64,000 bases of DNA, taken from NCBI GenBank assembly GCA_020137815.1, contig CM035355.1, positions 7,688,001 through 7,752,000 on the forward strand, read 5' to 3'. A program made the position numbers and the translations under genes. Under the pieces are notes generated by a model. The model had not been told where the DNA came from. It ran no database searches and worked only from the letters and a program-made list of their open reading frames with translations. Each line of letters begins with the position of its first letter. Within the stretch, counting starts at the first letter, position 1. Source of the stretch: Hormiphora californensis. Taxonomy: Eukaryota; Animalia; Ctenophora. Below, in pieces: positions 13,897 to 31,307 of this stretch.

Positions 13897-14045
13897 GCAG
13901 CACGCGGCATCAATTGCTGAACCACGAGCGCGCGCCCATACTAAGTGCTGACAAGGTGTACTTTCAACGCTGCTGAAGAGTGAAAAGCAGCAAAGTCAAG
14001 GGGTTCGGCATTTGGTGGTCGCGCGCGGACAGGTTGCTATGCTGC
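13897..14045 (+). ncRNA. Candidate long imperfect RNA hairpin, family unknown
   Basis: Nested complementary blocks with several G-U pairs that only work on the + strand (details in findings). Confidence 0.4.
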
Positions 14046-14315
14046 ACACACACAGTAGCGTCAGAATCGGAGGACTGGTCAATTTACGACAATAATGTTT
14101 TGGGTACTGAAAAAATGGAGAAAATAATACATAAACTATGGACAAACATACACTTTCTTGAGACTGGACACTATTTACAGGGTGCATAGAAAAAACGCTT
14201 TAATAAATAAAATCTGGGTGCAACTTATGATTTCTGTACATGTGAAAATATGAATGTTTTTTACTCTCTGACAATCTATCTCTCTTTCGGTGTCTAAATT
14301 ATATCCTCTCGAGGT

Positions 14316-14665
14316 TTAGTGGATCAAAGCCACTGGATCGTCATCTCGCTTCAGACCTAGTTTGACAAGGAAATCTTTCTCCATATTGAGGTAGCTGTTG
14401 AAAGACTTCTTCAACCTCTCTTCCTCCTCCTCATCCGTCTCAAGAGGCATGGGAATGGCGGGTTCAGATGGGCCACCACTCTTAGTAGGTCGGTTAGCCT
14501 CTCTCTCCTGGGGGTGAATATTAGGTTAGAGGTTAGGGAATTAGGTCAGGGGGCAGGGCGTGGTCTTGCATCTGTGATTCTGTGGTTTTGTCGACAAGGA
14601 AGGGGTGCATGAGAGTCAATGCATGTCACTTGTAACCTACAGGCTTACAGAGTAGCAGGAGGGAT

Positions 14666-14725
<60 letters not shown>

Positions 14726-17700
14726 GTGGACATCTGTTTACACTGTGTAAAGCAATAGCATATTATTCAAGCGCTTCTCTATAAAATGTTGTTAGTAACA
14801 CGATATATGAGACATTTGGAATCGGTAGGTCGTTAGTAACAGGTTTATAATTTAACAGAACCCCAACAGAACTATCTGTCATTTGTGGTCTTATTCTGAA
14901 AAATTTTCTCATAATTATGACATTATCAGATGTTTCTGTCAGTCAAAACTCACTACAAAAAAAAACACTAAATCTCTACTCGAAGTTTACCTTATAATAA
15001 TCGATCCTAGAGCACTCCCTCTCGAAGTAAGACGACATGTTTACTATCTCGTTGGCTGACGGCTGTCTAAGACTCCAGGGTAGTTCAAGAATGTGGAGAG
15101 TACCAAAGTCATCACCGACACCCAATAACACCTGATCATGGGGAGGGGTGTTTGGTTTGGTTTGGATCGCTGATTCGTCCGGGAGCAATGCTATCGAGTA
15201 GCAGCTGTACGTGGGAAGGGGTGTGTGTATGTTGGGTTATTGGTTTTAATCTACTTCTAAACCACACACGTCTCACGCAGATTGCAATGAAATATGGGTC
15301 TGTATAGAGATGGTCGATGGATGACCTCTCTACCAGATAAATAAAGGACAGGGAGATGTAGAAAATTACAGTTTCCAACTTTGTAATGATAGTGACATGT
15401 GGGACCTCGCACTCTCTCAGTAACTATGGCAACGACGATGAGGGACAGCCCCGTGGTAAAAGGGTTCATTCACCACAAACACTGTGAGAGAGGGGGATAG
15501 AGAGAGGGAGAGAGAGAGAGAGGGAGAGAGAGAGAGAGAGGGAGAGAGAGAGACAAATTATATGCCGATATGTAGCTGTGTATATGTGACACAGGGTTCA
15601 TGTTTCACACATCGGTCACACTCCACTGGATCCTCCACACGAGACGAAGGTGGGGGTGCACGGGTTTTAATGAACCACGATTGAACAAACAATAATATCT
15701 AAATGCTTTATACCCGACACGGAGTGTACTGTGTATCCCTTTACCTGTTTCCCGGAGACCTCTGTAAGGAACGAGGGATGTGATTGCAGAGCTAGAGATG
15801 TTCTGAGTCATCGAGGGTTCATGAGATCTGTCCATAAGATCCCACACATCGATATTACCATCCTCCCTACCAATGAAGAACACCTGGAATAGGGGGGCTG
15901 GTTTAGGAAAATTATCGTACAGTGAGCAAAACAATTATACTTGATTACTAAATATGGTCACCATACTAAGCGATAACCAAGGGAGTGGCAACTGGTAACC
16001 CAGCTGAGCCGATTTCCATGGTAACCACAATAACTCTTTTGATACCAAGGAGGTAACTGGTAACCCAGCTGAGCTGAGCTGATGGTAACCATGGTTACCA
16101 CAAACACTCACCCCAGGTCTAGTAGGACTCCAGCAGGCAGCAGTAAACTTCACCGGACTCCTGCTAGTCTGTAGTATCTCACTCTCTCCCTCCTTCCAAA
16201 TACTCAGGCTCCACCCTCCCACACTCATGATTATAGTAGTTATAGAAGGGAGATCGAAGCAGACAGTGAATTGGACCAGCATGACTTGAGATGGCGTAGA
16301 CAGGTTTGCTGCTAACCAGCTTCCCGCTCTCGGGATCCTTCTCTGCCTTCCAGTCAGTATAGATGAGGAAGCCATCCTCGGTGCCAGCAAAGAATTTAGT
16401 GTTCACTCCCTCTACCTGACATTAGAAATTAGTTGAAACTATGCTCTCTTATTGAATATTGAACAAAATCTTTAAGCCATTTTAAAGTTCAAGTTAACCA
16501 AAGTTCAAGAAATATCATCCCCAGCCCAGCTATAATCATAATATATAATAATTTCTCCAGGTATCTGTCTAATACCTACCATCTAGTCTCTAGTAACTAT
16601 CTCACCTCTACAGGTCTCTGTCTACTGTCTACTATCTCTCTCTCTCTCTCGCTCTCTCTACTAGTTAAAGTAACTATCTCACCTCTACGGGTCTCTGTCG
16701 TCCAGTTGAGGAGTTGGATCTGTGTATCAGTGGTGGGTTACCCTTTAGTAGAGTCTGCATCTTCCCTTTCACATTCTTCAACTCTTGTCCAATAGATATC
16801 GTCACACCGGGATGGAGACCTGGTCCAGTCAACTTAGACAGTGGCACAACATTGATAGGTTTCCATTGGAGGTCCAAGTGGGAGAAAGTGGATGGGATGG
16901 AGCTGAACTTCTCATGAGCTGCCTCTTTCTCCTTCTTTCCCCCGGGCAGTGCCCCACCGAACCCTGGCGTGGGCCCAGTTGATGTTTTCTGTAGCCTAAT
17001 ATCCCAGAACATCACATTACCATCCACACCGGCTGTAATGAGCTGGCAGGATGTGGCTGTCTTGTTCTCAACCGGAACACCCAATCGGGCAACCTCCAGG
17101 GTGTCTGGGAGCCAGTGTAGGTCCATGATGGCCATCTTGTGGGAGGACTCAATAGAGGATACACCCGCGTAGTGGACAATCTGAATGAGAGGGAGCATGT
17201 ATAATGGATTTAATGGGCATATATTAAACATTCAGAAAACAACGAATCCTTGTGTTTTTAGTACCGGTGATCGTTGGTATTCAACATCGAAGATGTCACT
17301 ACGGGTTTTGTTCGCCCTTGCTCCGTTGCTCTTATGGTTCTTCAGCCGTGCCTCGTGTGCGCTGATGTCCCACATCACCACCTAGTTTGGAGATTTTAGT
17401 TAGTTTATTTGTTGAATTGTAGAATTTGTTGAATCGCTTACTACAGTTAGTTGTTAGTTAGACATGTTTGTTTTTTTGTTAGTCAATGTGGTTTAATTTG
17501 AGGAACAACTTTTAAGTTAACAATTAACGTTAACAATTAACGATTAATTGATTTTCAAACCTGATCTTGTTTCCCAGTTCTACGGGTTTAGCAACTTTTA
17601 CACATACCTGTCCGTTGATACAGCCCGCTGCTACGATATTCGGGTCGGTAGGGTTAAACTTGAAGCAGAGAATATCCTCTGGCGCTTCCAGAACTAGTTG

Positions 17701-20349
17701 TGGGTGAATGGGGTCAGAGAAACCCCAGATCAGGATGAGAGATGGTGTCATCAGGATACGAGAGGAGAGGTCAACCCGGTCATCGTATTTTAGTTTTTCC
17801 GTGTAGGTCACCGCAACGATACCTGTCGGGAATTATACAACAGTTAAGAAGTGATGTTTGGGAATGGGGGATCTTATTTGTCAAATTGAAAGTGTGTATT
17901 GCGTCTCCTTTTATCAATATCATGGTTAAATGAGATGTGAAACACGAAGGGGGAAACGAAACACCTACCCCACCCGGGTTGACCCCCAACCCACCTACCC
18001 TTGATAGAAGGATGCCAATCAATGTGAGCAATAGTCTTATTCTTGCTGAATTCCAGATCAGTAAATGACTGGTACTCTTTCAGGTTATTATCAGACTTGT
18101 TTCCAAATACACCATCAACGTCAACTAGCTCGTTGTAGTCATCTGAGGGAGTGAGGGGAGGGGGTTATTATTTTGGGTGACAAGTCCCATGTTCACAGTA
18201 AACAGTTGTAGTACATGTTAATATAGGGAGGGAGGGGAGGGGAGAGGAAGCCATCTGGGGACTGGGGATGAAAAAGGGTTATTGTCTGAAGGAGGGGATG
18301 GGGTTTTGGCTGAGGATATTGGGTATTGGCGGGGGAGAGAAATTGGGGAGGGAGAGAGGGGTATTGGCTGAAGCTTGCTGCTGGATTTATGAAATGTGTG
18401 GGAGTATTTAGTCTTGTCTAGACGAGGGTGGAGGGGTTTTATTATCTGGGGTAGTCGGAGGGCTGATTTGGTGTGAGAAGGTTCAGAGTTAGGGGGATTT
18501 CAGGAGAGAAAGATGGAGAGACCTACCTGAGAAAACATCCATGATCTCATTTTGTTGTAAAGCCATCTTGAACCTGGGGCATGCCCGTCCCACAAACTCA
18601 GCCAGTTCCTTGCTCTTGTTGATCTTGTCCAACTCAGCCTGAGGTAGGGTCCGGGGCACATACTGACTGAGCGCGGTCCTGGGTTTCTTCCACTCCGTCT
18701 GGCATGCTATCTCATTTGTCTCCGCTACATTCTGAACTGCTGTATCGTGCTCCTTTCGGTGGAGGTCAAATGTGTTGTCCTCGAATGAGGTGCATTCTAT
18801 ATAGGCATCCTTGGCCGCATCAACATGCCGATCCTCAAAATGAGTTGGAGCTCCAAATAGCCTTCGTTTCCTTTGGATCATGAATGAGATAGTGGGACGG
18901 GATGTGGTTAGAATCTCGTCCTCAAGATCGGTTTCTGAACCCATTGGTGCCCATGGAGCCGGGGTACTGGGTAGATCCTTCAATACAATATCCTCCAGTG
19001 CAATGAACTGCTCCTCCTCCTCTTCCACCCCTTCCTCTCCCTCACCACCCTCCCCACCAGCCTCTCCACCCTCACTAACACTCTTCACGCGAGAAGCCAG
19101 GTACTCCTCTTTACCCGCTTCTGTGATACAAACATAAAAGTTTTCTCCGTACTTGAAGTCTGGATCGTAGATCACCAGGACGTCCTCACCAGAATAATTG
19201 GCTATCTGCTTCTTTATAGGATGGAAATCACACACAGCAGCCCTCAGCCTGAAATCCTCCATAATCTTGGCTTTGGGAACGAGAACGTACGGGTTTTCTT
19301 CGGTAACCTGGGGAAGAGATGGAAATGTAAGGTCTGTTGAAAATGAAGGAATTTCAGAAACTTCCTGGAATAATCAGGGATTTCTCAATCGTAATACAGT
19401 CGGACCCCGATTTAGGGACCCCCGATTTAGGGACACCCCGATTTAGGGACAGGATTTTTTTCCCCCAAAAATTTTTGAATTTTTTTGTGAAATTTTTTGT
19501 GAAATTTTTCAAAAAGATTCCAGCCATGTCCGAATCTTATTTCGAATCGGTGCATCTTATCGCATGTCCTTCTGCTAATTAGACGGTTCGGAACGAACCG
19601 ACACGTGATCCCCATGGTGCCCATTGAATCACAAGTTCACCAAGGTCCAAGCGTCAAAATTTCGATTCGATGGGGATCACGTTTCGATTCGTTCCGTCTA
19701 ATTAGCAGCAGGACATGCGATAAGATGCACCGATTCGAAACACGATTCGGGCGTGGCTGGTATACCTTTAAAAAAATTTATAACTTTTTTGCAAAATTTT
19801 ACAGTACGATTGTCAATGCTTTGATCGGTGCTCCCCATAAATTTTGAGAGAAAAAGTTATTTTGAAATTTTTATACTTCCTCACCCGCTTAGGGTGCCCC
19901 GATTCGGTATGGTATCACGTATCGGTTCGTTTTGAACCCGCTAATTAGACAGGATATCCAGTAAGTTGCACCGATTCGAAATACAAACCGGACGGGCTGG
20001 TATAACTTAGAAAATTTTCGACTTTTTTTTGAAAAATAATTATTTTATATTTTCCTTTTTCTAATCAGAAATGATCATGTCATCAATACATGAATATTGC
20101 ATATAACAGTTAGAGGTGTCTTTAGTCTTAATAATATAGCATTTTGGGCAATAAAATAGGTTTTTGGGTCAAATATGGCTAACCCCGATTTAGTGGACAC
20201 CCCGATTTAGTGGACAAGACCCTTTCCCCCGAGGGTGTCCCTAAATCGGGGTCCGACTGTACCTGTTCATCGCAGACGCAGTCGTAGATTTTCTGACCAC
20301 CTCCCGAAATGAAAAGGGGTTTAAAATGTGGCGGCAGCTCGTCACCCAT
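14316..20349 (-). CDS. DNAI3: Dynein axonemal intermediate chain 3 (WDR63/IC140), multi-exon
   Basis: N-terminal 'EDFRLRAAVCDFHPIKK...VIYDPDFKYGENFY'; WD40 segments 'LILIWGFSDPIHPQLVLEAP', 'CWSPTRPGVFFIGREDGNIDVWD', 'GTLHILELPWSL'; ATG 20349; stop 14316-14318. Confidence 0.9.
19397..20259. mobile_element. Non-autonomous Tc1/mariner/pogo-type element in DNAI3 intron 1
   Basis: TIRs cagtcggaccccgatttaggga / tccctaaatcggggtccgactg; TA TSD at 19395-96 and 20260-61; subterminal ccccgatttag repeats; internal ~90-bp inverted repeats (~19520-19610 vs ~19673-19760). Confidence 0.88.
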
Positions 20350-20994
20350 GTTCTATTCCTAAATAGACAGAGTTCATTGGTTAGAGGGGTTTGGACAGGG
20401 AAGAGGAGGGGAATGTTATTAGGGGTAGAGTGAGTCGCGGGGCCATACATTGGCAACAGAGATACCAGGAATAACTTTAGTGGAGAGAAGAAGGAGGAGA
20501 GAAGAAGGAGGCAAGATCAAGGTGCGATAATACTCGTTATTGTGAAATAGGTCAATAGATTGCCAACTAGAGAGGCTGCGAGAGAGAAGAATCGGGAAAA
20601 GTGTTTAAAATGATACTTAGGTTATTAAATGTTCAATGGTATTATTTTGTTAAGGTGATCAGTGCCCTATTTCCTTTGATCTTCATCGAGTTGTTTGATG
20701 CGTGAGGGTTGGTCTAGAATTCAATAACCAGCCTCTTCAAAGACGAGAAATGATGGCTTGATTATTGAAATTCAAATATTAAGATTAAAATACAAATGAG
20801 AAAGAGAGCGAGGGAGAAAGAGAGATAGAGCGAGAGAGAAAGAGAGCGAGGGATGGAGAGTAGAACACGAATGAGTGTGAGGGAAAGAGATGGGACTTAG
20901 AGTGCATCAGAAATATAACAAGTAGCTATAACACCTCACACAATACAGTACATCATATCACACACGAACAAACCGATCCACAGACGAACACACA

Positions 20995-21340
20995 GACAAT
21001 GTCACACACGAACAACCTGATTCACGTACACACGTACACACGAACGAACTGACAATGTCACACACGAACAACCTGATTCACGTACACACGTACACACGAA
21101 CGAACTGACAATGTCACACACGAACAACCTGATTCACGTACACACGTACACACGAACGAACTGACAATGTCACACACGAACAACCTGATTCACGTACACA
21201 CGTACACACGAACGAACTGACAATGTCACACACGAACAACCTGATTCACGTACACACGTACACACGAACGAACTGACAATGTCACACACGAACAACCTGA
21301 TTCACGTACACACGTACACACGAACGAACTGACAATGTCA
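20995..21340. repeat. Tandem repeat, 56-bp unit, ~6 copies
   Basis: Unit gacaatgtcacacacgaacaacctgattcacgtacacacgtacacacgaacgaact starts at 20995, 21051, 21107, 21163, 21219 and 21275. Confidence 0.95.
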
Positions 21341-21409
21341 TGGGTGGTGACCGAGCAGCGTGTGCCGGATGAATGGAAACTAAGGGTGCGATAATATTTC
21401 ACAGTAATG

Positions 21410-21423
21410 GCTGCCATGGTAAC
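21410..21423. promoter_or_regulatory. RFX X-box-like motif upstream of ciliary gene DNAI3
   Basis: GCTGCCATGGTAAC, ~1.06 kb upstream of the DNAI3 ATG; similar motif GTAACTATGGCAAC at 15420-15433 in a DNAI3 intron. Confidence 0.4.
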
Positions 21424-22031
21424 CGTGTTCTCTCTCTCCCTATCAGTATTGATATTAGCAGTGTAACTGCAACATGAGTACAATGGGAGGGGGATTGAAT
21501 ATATTAAAAGTAGAACAACTCGATAAAATAAATCGTAAAGAGAAAGATCATACGATTGTTGGGTCTCGAAATGCGGGGGGATCTGGTTAAATCATCAAAA
21601 CAAAGAAACAAACTTTGCTAAAATTAGGTTGATAATTTCAAACATCAAAAAAACATGTAGAAAAGAGTAATATATTCTTTAAAACTTTTATCAGGGCTCA
21701 ATATATTGATGCGCGAGACTAGAGAGATAGCGAGACACGCAGACTCAAATCAAGCCGTGCATGCATAATTAATTAATTAACGATAGCAAATGATAAAGCC
21801 CAAATAATATTCTCCCCATCTTCATATCAGCTCCTTTAAATGGAGCACTTACAACAACGATGTAGTGATTGAACATCACTTTCTCTCTCTCTCTTCTTAG
21901 TCAAATTGTCCTTCACACCACCCCTCACATATTACAGTAATTATATTGTTGTCAGACACTCATGTGTAATATATTCCCCTCTAGTACTCTACTTGTGGAT
22001 GATCACTTGACACACACGTGTATCTCTCCTC

Positions 22032-24055
22032 TCAAGATGTGTCCTCTTCCTCAAGGGTGTCCATTGCCACCCAACTTTGTTCCACTATTTCATGGACTTT
22101 CTTCTCGTACTCTCTCCTAGTGATGAGGGTGGTGATATTATTTGTACTGTGATAGGCCGGGAATTAGACTCCTTGGAGCATTTGAGGCGATATTATGCTT
22201 TACATAGTCCGACTCGCAGCCCTTACAAAAAAGTACCCCCCCCCCCCCCCGATAAAGTACTAACCTGTTTTCCATGTAAAGCTGTGCGGCCAGGCTGTTT
22301 GCCGGACTGTTTGGGTTAGGCTCATCTAGCAGACTTTGAATAGATGTCAGGATAGCCTGAACATCATACGTTGGGCTCCACCTTAGGGTATAAAGATTTA
22401 GATATTAGAGATGGGGATGGGGAACGTGAGAGTAAGCAGTATTCGGTAAGGGTGGGGGCGAAGAAGAAAGGGGAGAGAGTGAGATAGATGTAGTCCACTA
22501 GAGAGAGAGAAGGGAATTATGGGAGCTAAAAAGAGGGTCACCGATCCGTGCTAAACTGAGAGCCCTTCTCGACCATTCATTCCCTCCATTTAATTTGTCA
22601 CGTAGCTATCACTGAGAGTGCTGATGCATGTTAGTGTGGATATTAGTGCATTTCTAAACTATTATAGTCTCTATAAAATCAATGAGATCTCTTTGACTGA
22701 CTCTCCCTGGGACCATTCTATTCTCCATTCTGTTGTTTGGAGAGAGAGAGAGAGAGAGAAGGGTGTCTCTCTTTTTACTAACAAGACTCGCTAAATATGT
22801 TATCCCGTACTAACTCTACCGTGAATTACCATGCCACCCTTTTAGGAGAAACACGGTGGAGCACCGAACTGAGAAAGAGAGAGAAAGAGGGAGAGAGGAA
22901 AAGATGGAGAGATAGATATTTTTGCCTCATAAAGTAGGGTCAGAAGGCATACATTAAAGGATAAGAGTAGGGATCCATTAGAGTTCATTTTTGCCTAAAT
23001 TGCAACTGATACCAAGGCAACAAAATAAGGCAAAACAAACTTTGATAAGATCATTCACGTCATCGCGAAAATACCGATCATTGCCTTGTTTCATCACAAA
23101 AATTCTGTCAAGCCGATCGGCCGATCCCTTGAATTGATTTTGAGATAACCCCAACTCCTTCTCTCACCTATTTTGCAGGATATCCAAACAGAGACTTCCA
23201 TCATTATAGACGTTGGGGTGGAACATGACACTGACAAACTTCACACTGGGAGGTTTGTTGGGATATTCCTCGGTGAACTCGATCGTTAAACGAAAAGTAC
23301 CATCCTCAAATGGGGTATCTGCATGGGAGAAAAGGTAAGAGGAGGTGAGTGAAGTTTGGACTTCCCAACCCATACCATCACAGTGGAAATGAGTTAGATG
23401 AAGTGGGGAGAAAACGATGTCAGTGAGGTTAAGGGTTGTGAGAGAAGTTTGGACTATGGAAGTTCCAAACCCATCCCAATGGTAATCCTCAATGGTGCAA
23501 ATGATTGTGAGTGAATTCAACTGTCGCATCGGTTCGAGAGTGATACTGATTCATGTGATATCTAAATAGAACATTTAGAGTGTCGGAATAAGTGTCAGAT
23601 ACCCCGTCAGGCGACAGATATCTGACGGGGTATCTGACACTTATTCCGATACTTATTATATCTGCAGATCTACTTGATATGAGTAAGTATCCTAATTTCA
23701 AGAGACAGGATTAAAATCGTGTGTGTAGCGAGTTATAGACCAAGGGCTCATAATATATCAGACCTTTCATCCCCCGCATCATATACTGATCCTATTAGTT
23801 TAGCCACTAGAGTCTGATACACCCGTGTGTAGCAAGCAAGTCAACCCACATGGCATGAGTCTTGTAACCATGGTAACCAATATCATGTAACCATGGTAAC
23901 CAATATGATGTGTTGCCCCTACCTGCAGGACCAAAGATGACCGCGTTCCACAGCATGATATTGTTGTTGGTCGGCACGGCACTGATCCCTGGAGGGGAGT
24001 CTTGTTGGAGACGCTTGAAGTCGCGCATTAGCCGCCGTCGCGCTGGCGTCGTCAT
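22032..24055 (-). CDS. UBE2A: Ubiquitin-conjugating enzyme E2 A/B (RAD6), 4 exons
   Basis: [17 protein letters not shown]; '[27 protein letters not shown]' with catalytic Cys; 'PNPNSPAN'; acidic tail; stop 22032-22034. Confidence 0.95.
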
Positions 24056-24154
24056 CCTACCTACTGATCAGAGGGAGAGTTGTTGTCATCCTACCAATAT
24101 CGGGGAGATAGAGTTGGAGATTTGGTGTTGGGGAAATAGGGAACAAGAGGTTGG

Positions 24155-24365
24155 TATCATTGTTCACACCAATAGTGTTGGAGGGTGCGGTATGACATCG
24201 AAGACGCTCATTTATTAGACGTTTCGGCTGTACGGCCATTATCAATAATGCTATGGGGGAATTTACATTAGCACATTACATAAGACATCAATATGTACAT
24301 AGGGGACAAAATTGTAAAAAGACTGGACCAAACGGCAAACACACACAACATAAACAGAAGCCAAA
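24155..24365 (-). mobile_element. 211-bp retroposed fragment (Penelope-like or retrozyme-like) carrying a hammerhead motif, 13-bp TSD
   Basis: AACAAGAGGTTGG at 24142-24154 and 24366-24378; hammerhead core followed immediately by AATAAA on the minus strand. Confidence 0.65.
24214..24249 (-). ncRNA. Minimal type I hammerhead ribozyme (U3-A8 core variant)
   Basis: Minus strand: AUUA-UUGAUAA-U-GGC-cguaca-GCC-GAAA-C-GUC-UAAU. Stem I AUUA/UAAU, stem II GGC/GCC, loop-less palindromic stem III, GUC cleavage triplet. Confidence 0.6.
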
Positions 24366-24600
24366 AACAAGAGGTTGGGTCATCCTACCAATATCGGGGA
24401 GATTGAGTAGGAGATTTGGTGCTGGGGAAATGGGGAACAAGAGGTTGGATTGATTGGTTTTGCTCGGATTGGGCTACATTGAGTTTAGAATTTAGGGCGT
24501 ACTCGCCGGAGTCGTGGGTTATTATGCAGCCAAATTCAACCTACTAAATTATCCTAATACCCCGATTCTTGACGTGTCCCAAGACCCTGATGTAATAAAG

Positions 24601-24704
<104 letters not shown>

Positions 24705-25976
24705 CTAAGTGAGAGTCTCTCACTCTCTCCCACTGTGAGAGAGAAAGAGAGATAGACTGGTGGGGAGAGTTGATAAAAAATGTAAATGTGTAGGTACCGC
24801 GGGGGCAAGACAGCAAAATATTTCGATAAACACATCCACCTTCTTTCACCCTTCTCTGCTCTGATTTCACCTTCCACTCTCCCTCTCTTTTACATCTATC
24901 TCTCTTTTCTCTCTTTCTCAATTCCTTCCCATAAACGTTGGTTTTCTCTTACGACTTACACTAATAAGTTTTGACAGCTTTTTAGACGTGTTTATTGAGA
25001 CCTGTATATTACGATAAAGAACATATTATCTAAGGCTCGGTGAGGGTTATATTTTTTGAGGAAATTATATATTGAGAAAGCGGTAAGATAAAAAAGAGAT
25101 TGGGAAAAAGATTATGCGATGGTGTTGGATAATTGAAATCAATTGATTTCGCCACCATGGGATGCCCCCTCCATGCTCTACAAACTATCAGTCAACTTCG
25201 GGGGAACCACTAACTGTATAAACTTCATTACAGAAGTCCTCTGACTTGCGGTCACTATCTCTTTCTCCCATCTCTATCTCTCTTTCTCTCATTCTATAAC
25301 ACCTGTCCCTTTCGGGCGTTACATTTCCCCGACAAAAAGGCATCTGTGCGGTACCAAAGCGTCTACGGCACATATTTTATGTCCGAACATCTTCTCTCAG
25401 CGACTACTTACAGAGTCACAGATGTTTTGTCGGGAATATCCTTTGAAATCGGATCTACTCCCACAGCGGGGAGGGTTGAGTATGAACCGGTGGGAAGAGA
25501 GAGAGGAATAACTAGAAATAGAAAAGAGAGGGAAAACCACCGTATGCAGAATATCACAAACAAACCAACATGAAACCTCTCCCTTCCTCTGACACACACA
25601 CTATTGCATTATATGATCGGAGTAGTATAGGTATAGGTATGCGATTAGATTCTGCGGCGGGGTAAGGGGAATTTGATGAATATGGTAAAAGACTAGAGTT
25701 CGGTAAGCTATGGCACACACATTGATTTATTTGGGTATAGCCCTTCTTCTATCTTTATTTGATCGGAGAAGAAGGAAATAAAGGGGAAAAGTTGTACAAA
25801 ATTATAAAATTGTATGTCTTTCAAAAATAAATAACTTCTGAACAATTACATTTAAATATTTACACATTATCACACACGTACTTTGTACATCAGTCAAATT
25901 AAAAAAGATCTGAACTCTCTGGAGAGTCATGTTTCATTCTGTCACACAAACGCAAACCAATCTGAATAATATAATC

Positions 25977-30407
<4,431 letters not shown>

Positions 30408-31307
30408 GAGCCATGTCTCTACATGATAGAGATATTAGGGTAGGTATAAGCCATATTATATCTCTACATGATATAGATATTAGGTATATAACAGAGCAAT
30501 TAGGGAGGAGTGAATTCTATTAGAGGGAAAGGGATGCGTTTGGGTGTTGAGGATACGGGTGTATTTTTCTGGGCATGCCTAAGAAAACATTGTGAGATAT
30601 TGGATCAGATACTTAGCTTAGTTACAGTGTAAAATATCGATCGGATTTTGTGATGGATTGATTGATCTAAAGTGATCTAAGAGTGATATAGAAAGATAGA
30701 CAGATAGAGAGAGGGGAGGAGAGATTGGCTAATTATTAGTGACATGCATGTTACACAGCGAAGTGATACACGCTCTGTCAACTGCATAGTTATTTATCAA
30801 GCAATACGCCTGATTGAGTCTCTATTACGAGAGAGAGAGATCCCATAGAGATCGATTATATACGGGGAGAATAGGAGAGAGAGAAAGAGCGATCAAATGG
30901 TCGAAGCTGAAAGTGGGAGAGAAAGTGATAGAATGTGAACATAGCGACCTGGAGATCTAAGTAAGGTTAGAGGATTTATACTAATAGATTTGTCGATACA
31001 TTTTCTTTGAAAGAGAAAGAATTTCTTTGTGCGAATGAACCCTACTTTGAGGTTTGACGAAGGCAAGGATATACGAGGAAGATAACTTTGATTTCTAGAG
31101 GATCTAGGAGGTGAAAGGAACTTTGATTTTGTAGGATTTAGGGAACCATTATATTTCGTAGGGATAGGATTCGCAAGCGAAGATTAAACACAAATTTTGA
31201 TAATAAAGGAAAATAAATTAGCGACAGAACAGACTCGAGTCAGGATAAAAAATGGAAAATAATCCCCGGAGAAGAAAATATTAAAAAGGTCCCATGCTCA
31301 AACATGA

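Noticed and set aside
13830-14060. Assigning the hairpin to SRP, U3, RNase P/MRP or telomerase RNA
   Set aside because: The diagnostic motifs (SRP helix 8, ordered U3 boxes, CR-I/CR-V, a telomeric template) were not found.
20995-21340. CRISPR-like appearance of the 56-bp array (and of the 62665-64000 satellite)
   Set aside because: Units are contiguous with no unique spacers, there are no cas genes, and the context is eukaryotic.
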